A stretch of DNA of 60,136 nt, the filler included. It is 5 parts of 5 records of this genome, joined end to end, with 100 filler letters (N's around TTAATTAATTAA, not from the genome) between each part and the next. Parts side by side here need not be neighbours in the genome. Positions count along the whole stretch, not along the records: positions 40,037 to 60,136 come from DRR723986_13730; 4 more parts are not named here. The stretch is one strand, 5' to 3'. The position numbers and the translations under genes are program-made. This document shows, one piece after another, positions 56,941 to 60,136 of this stretch (position 1 is the stretch's first letter; the number at the start of each line of letters is the position of its first letter). Below the pieces are notes generated by a model, which saw only the letters and a list, made by a program, of their open reading frames with translations, was not told where the DNA came from and made no database searches.

Positions 56941-57837
56941 ATGAACGATAGATTTTATTCCTGCGCCAAAGCGCTGGTCGCCACATTCCGCGCAGGATCC
57001 ATCAGCGCGGCGGCGCTGGAGCTCAAAACGACCAAGTCCGCCATCAGTCAAAAACTGTCCCTGTTTGAAGCCGAACTTGGCCTTGTTTTGCTCGATCGGT
57101 CTGGCCGATCCGTATCACCAACCGCCGCAGGCAAACGGATTTTCGAGATCTGTGTTGTTCCCGTCGATGCTGCCGCCGAAGCCGAGGCTCAGCTTGGTTT
57201 GTTGCGTTCCGATAACCTCGCTGGGAGGGTCGCGATTTCTGGCCCGAATACAATATTATGCACCATATTTGTGCCGATGCTGGCCGGTCTAAGCGCCAAG
57301 TATCCGGGTATTGAGATTGAATTATACGCCGATGATGCGCGCACTGATTTTTCAGCCGAAGACATTGATCTGTCGTTCCGAACGGGCCCGCCCGGGAAGG
57401 GAAATTACGTTTCAGCGCTGCTGCGGATGGCGGATAAAACGATTTGCGCAAGCCCCCGATTTCTTGAGCGCACAGCCCCCATTAACCATCCAAGCGACCT
57501 TGAGAAAATCCCCTGTATCCTAAGGCAACATGAAAGCCCCGAGTGGCGGTTCAAAGATCACAATGGCCGGTATTGCGCCATCTCACCTGAAATCATGTTG
57601 CGAACCAACACGATGGAGATGGCCCACGCCGCTGCAAAACTGGAAAATGGTATTGCCCTATTGCCAACTTTGGCTGTTCAGGGAGATTTGAATAGCGGCG
57701 CACTTGCTAAAATCTTACCCGGTTGGACGTCGGATCAGGTTCCGGTATCTTTGCTGTGCCGGGCGGCGCGGCTTTCTGCACCCGAAGTTGCCGCAGTTCG
57801 CCAACATATCCGCGAGCTATGTAACGAAACGGCTTGA
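56941..57837 (+). CDS. LysR-family regulator
   Basis: GSISAAALELKTTKSAISQKLSLFEAELG..LLDR, IDLSFR. Confidence 0.92.
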   Translation: MNDRFYSCAKALVATFRAGSISAAALELKTTKSAISQKLSLFEAELGLVLLDRSGRSVSPTAAGKRIFEICVVPVDAAAEAEAQLGLLRSDNLAGRVAISGPNTILCTIFVPMLAGLSAKYPGIEIELYADDARTDFSAEDIDLSFRTGPPGKGNYVSALLRMADKTICASPRFLERTAPINHPSDLEKIPCILRQHESPEWRFKDHNGRYCAISPEIMLRTNTMEMAHAAAKLENGIALLPTLAVQGDLNSGALAKILPGWTSDQVPVSLLCRAARLSAPEVAAVRQHIRELCNETA

Positions 57838-58058
57838 AGGTCCGCTTGAGGGAAGTCGAGGCAAACAGTTTGCATGTGCGGCGTCCACTTCGATCATCGA
57901 CGCGCCATGGTCACTTAGGACTGGGCGCCGACAAACGCCAAGGCAAAATTTGCGTGATTTCCTGGCGGTCTGGGCAAAATGTGTCGCCGCAGCGCCTCAA
58001 GTCCGGTTCGAGCCCCGCTTTACCGGATGCTGCGACGTACATTAATGTCAGCTTCGTC
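57838..58058 (+). repeat. Degenerate repeat array B between cargo modules
   Basis: AGGTCCGCTTGAGGGAAG, AAGTCCGGTTCGAGCCC...ACCGGATGCTGCG, AATGTCAGCTTCGT. Confidence 0.5.
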
Positions 58059-58078
58059 GGTGGCTCAACAAAAGCCAT

Positions 58079-58651
58079 TTAGTAGTGCGGAGGCGTGATG
58101 GCCCAGACAAGTACAGCATCGGTTTCTCCAATGTTGTGGTATCGATGCAGCTTGGTTGAGGCGAAGCGGAAGGAATCTCCCGGTCCAAGAACCATAACTT
58201 GATCTTCCACTGTCAGCTCAAGGGTGCCTGCCGTCAGATAACCACCTTCTTCCCCCTTGTGGGAATAGAGCGTGTCCCCAGAACTGGCACCCGGCGCAAA
58301 GGTTGTCAGGATCATCTCAAGTTGACCACTGAGCGACGGGCAAAGCAACTCGTCCTTAACCCCGGATTCAAACCTCAGCGCTTGCCTTCGCGTGCTGCGC
58401 ACGACAATGCCGCTTTCTGGGTTCGCCTCCTCCTCCGGGTCAGGAAAGAACCAGTTAATCCCAACACCCAGCGCCTTTCCGATCATGTTCAAGGCGCGCA
58501 CGGACGGGTCTGCATCCTGCCGTTCAAGCTGGCTGAGATAGCCGACTGACAGCTCCGTCCGCTCCGCCAATTGTTTCAGAGTTAACCCTTTGGCCTTGCG
58601 CAACTCGCGCATGCGCGTGCCAATAATTGTTTGGGTGGCTCTCTTGTTCAT
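58079..58651 (-). CDS. XRE-family HTH regulator with cupin domain
   Basis: LRKAKGLTLKQLA...SVGYLSQLER, H.GEE, GDSFRF...H, ITPP. Confidence 0.92.
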   Translation of the reverse strand: MNKRATQTIIGTRMRELRKAKGLTLKQLAERTELSVGYLSQLERQDADPSVRALNMIGKALGVGINWFFPDPEEEANPESGIVVRSTRRQALRFESGVKDELLCPSLSGQLEMILTTFAPGASSGDTLYSHKGEEGGYLTAGTLELTVEDQVMVLGPGDSFRFASTKLHRYHNIGETDAVLVWAITPPHY

Positions 58652-58677
58652 GATGGGCCTTACCTCATTTTAGAAAT

Positions 58678-58742
58678 TTCATCATAATTTTTATTGCCAA
58701 ATTATGATGGGGGTGTATTTGTCAGTTAGAATTTATGATGAA
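58678..58742. promoter_or_regulatory. Candidate operator between the XRE and MFS genes
   Basis: Perfect IR CATCATAATTT-N8-AAATTATGATG (58680-58709) plus third half-site TTATGATGAA (58733-58742). Confidence 0.65.
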
Positions 58743-58807
58743 TTTGGCGAAATGTGAAGCTGATCGCCTCGCTTTTCAGTTTTTCTCCCGGTGACGGATA
58801 GGAGACG

Positions 58808-60004
58808 GTGTTGTTCAAGAGTAATTTTTTCAAAGCCTATGGTTGCTGGCATTGGGGCGAAGGTCTTCAGACTGTCCTTTTCACTTGGTACATGGCTTTT
58901 CATGCCGAACTGAGCCCCACGCAAATTGGGTTCTATCAAGCGCTCGTCCTTTCACCATTTCTGGTCTTCACCATTGCAGGCGGCGCGATCACGGATCGGA
59001 TCGGAGCTGGGCTCAGCTACATTATTTCAACCAGTGTTTTTGCCGCAATTCTGATCTCTTATGGGTTTCTGGATCACTATTTTGGGTTCGTTGCCGAATT
59101 GTTCTTCCTGTATTGTGTATGCGCCGGGATCGTCAGTGCGATTTCGAACCCGGCAATCGACACCTTCATTCCGGGCGCGACCGAGCAACGCGTACAGGAC
59201 AATAGCCTGTTGGCGGCAACCGCACATAACATTGCAAAACTCACTGGAAATCTGACGGGACTGCTTCTGCCTTTGCTCACAGCAATGGGCGGGTTTGTTC
59301 TAAACGGCGTGTTGATGCTGCTCAGTGTGATTTTTCTCAGCTCGCATGGTCGTCAAATCAAAAAAACCAATGCCTCGACTGTTCAGACGGTTGAACCTCA
59401 ACACCGGATTGTCGCACGCATTATCGCGCATTACCGCCTTTGCCCCGAAAATCTTGATATCCTCTTTTCCAGTGCGTTGCTTGGTTTGATCATCGTTCCG
59501 GCAGGATATATCTTGGTACCCTTAACCTTACGCGAAAGGTTTCCGGAGAACGGTGATCTGATCGCCCTGATTGGTATTTCGTCCTGGATTGGTGCAATCG
59601 TGACAACGGCTATCGTGAAACGTCTGTCTTTCAAAATTGCAAAACCAGGGGCCATATCATTGCTGATTTGGGGCACCTATGGTGTCGGCTTGCTCTCTCT
59701 GACTGTCGTTGGCAGCTTTCCAGTGCTTTGCTTAACCGTGCTGATTTTTGGTGGAGTTAAAGTTGGGAAGGCGTTGGTTTATGGCAAATACCTCCACAAC
59801 AGCCCTGAACGCGAACGCGGCCTATTTGTTGCTGTCGACCAGACGGCGTTCTGGGGTCTTGCAACTTTAGGGACGGCGGGAATGGGTTATCTAGTAGACA
59901 TGGTGGGGCTGAATTCCACAATCTTTTTGACCAGCGGCTGCGTTCTGCTTGGCGTCGCAATCCTCGCCGTTCGAGGTCATCTCTACGCAATGGTGCAGGC
60001 TTGA
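58808..60004 (+). CDS. MFS transporter
   Basis: About 12 TM helices; GGAITDRIG motif A; GYLVD..G. Confidence 0.88.
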   Translation: MLFKSNFFKAYGCWHWGEGLQTVLFTWYMAFHAELSPTQIGFYQALVLSPFLVFTIAGGAITDRIGAGLSYIISTSVFAAILISYGFLDHYFGFVAELFFLYCVCAGIVSAISNPAIDTFIPGATEQRVQDNSLLAATAHNIAKLTGNLTGLLLPLLTAMGGFVLNGVLMLLSVIFLSSHGRQIKKTNASTVQTVEPQHRIVARIIAHYRLCPENLDILFSSALLGLIIVPAGYILVPLTLRERFPENGDLIALIGISSWIGAIVTTAIVKRLSFKIAKPGAISLLIWGTYGVGLLSLTVVGSFPVLCLTVLIFGGVKVGKALVYGKYLHNSPERERGLFVAVDQTAFWGLATLGTAGMGYLVDMVGLNSTIFLTSGCVLLGVAILAVRGHLYAMVQA

Positions 60005-60027
60005 AATCTGTGATCTGGCCAAATCTT

Positions 60028-60136
60028 AAAGCTGTCGTTGGCGCACGCGCAGCGAATGCACTCTTTGTCCGCAGTGCTGCCCTCCGGCCAACAAAAATGC
60101 TGCGCGATGTGTCGAACGGCTGCTTCGGGGAAGCTG
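60028..60136 (+). repeat. Degenerate repeat array C (runs off the window)
   Basis: AAAGCTGTCGTTGGCGCA, GTCCGCAGTGCTGCCCT, ATGCTGCG, GAACGGCTGCTTCGGGGAAG. Confidence 0.5.

Overview
The window is five unrelated contigs joined by 100-bp artificial spacers (44 N + TTAATTAATTAA + 44 N), so adjacency across spacers means nothing. Contig 1 (1-11141; high-GC alphaproteobacterium, Roseibium/Labrenzia-like by gene content): napEFDA, hisI, folE, IscU-like, yidD, then an accessory block (B12 radical SAM, EamA/Lrp, GNAT-peptidase fusion, RLAN-RimK ligase) before thrS. Contig 2 (11242-18432; lower GC, a different organism): RnfD-like membrane gene plus two tandem DUF2330-like genes, divergent from an ECF sigma/anti-sigma pair, with repeat-rich ends. 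Contig 3 (18533-32134; same style as contig 1): ctrA 3' end, a eukaryote-type XendoU ribonuclease fused to a lamin-tail domain, a Tat MBL hydrolase, cheA-W-Y-B-R, chpT, YHS, DUF1134, a coiled-coil protein, glpR-like and a tRNA 3' end. Contig 4 (32235-39936; Rhodobacteraceae-like): soxB, three Tad minor-pilin genes, an NAD(P) oxidoreductase divergent from a Tat-less reductive-dehalogenase-like gene and an alpha-hydroxy-acid oxidase, and the start of pyc. Contig 5 (40037-60136) is a mobile region: two decayed IS3-family elements (one hit by a 41-bp palindromic insert), a serine resolvase, an orphan DotA/TraY, an AbiE toxin-antitoxin pair, tandem LuxR solos, ArdA with a structured leader and an oriT-like site, and two cargo modules bounded by arrays of degenerate short repeats. 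Best novelty candidates: the orphan-DotA mobilisable island, the repeat-bounded cargo modules and the XendoU-LTD protein. All family calls come from recognising motifs by eye; no searches were run.
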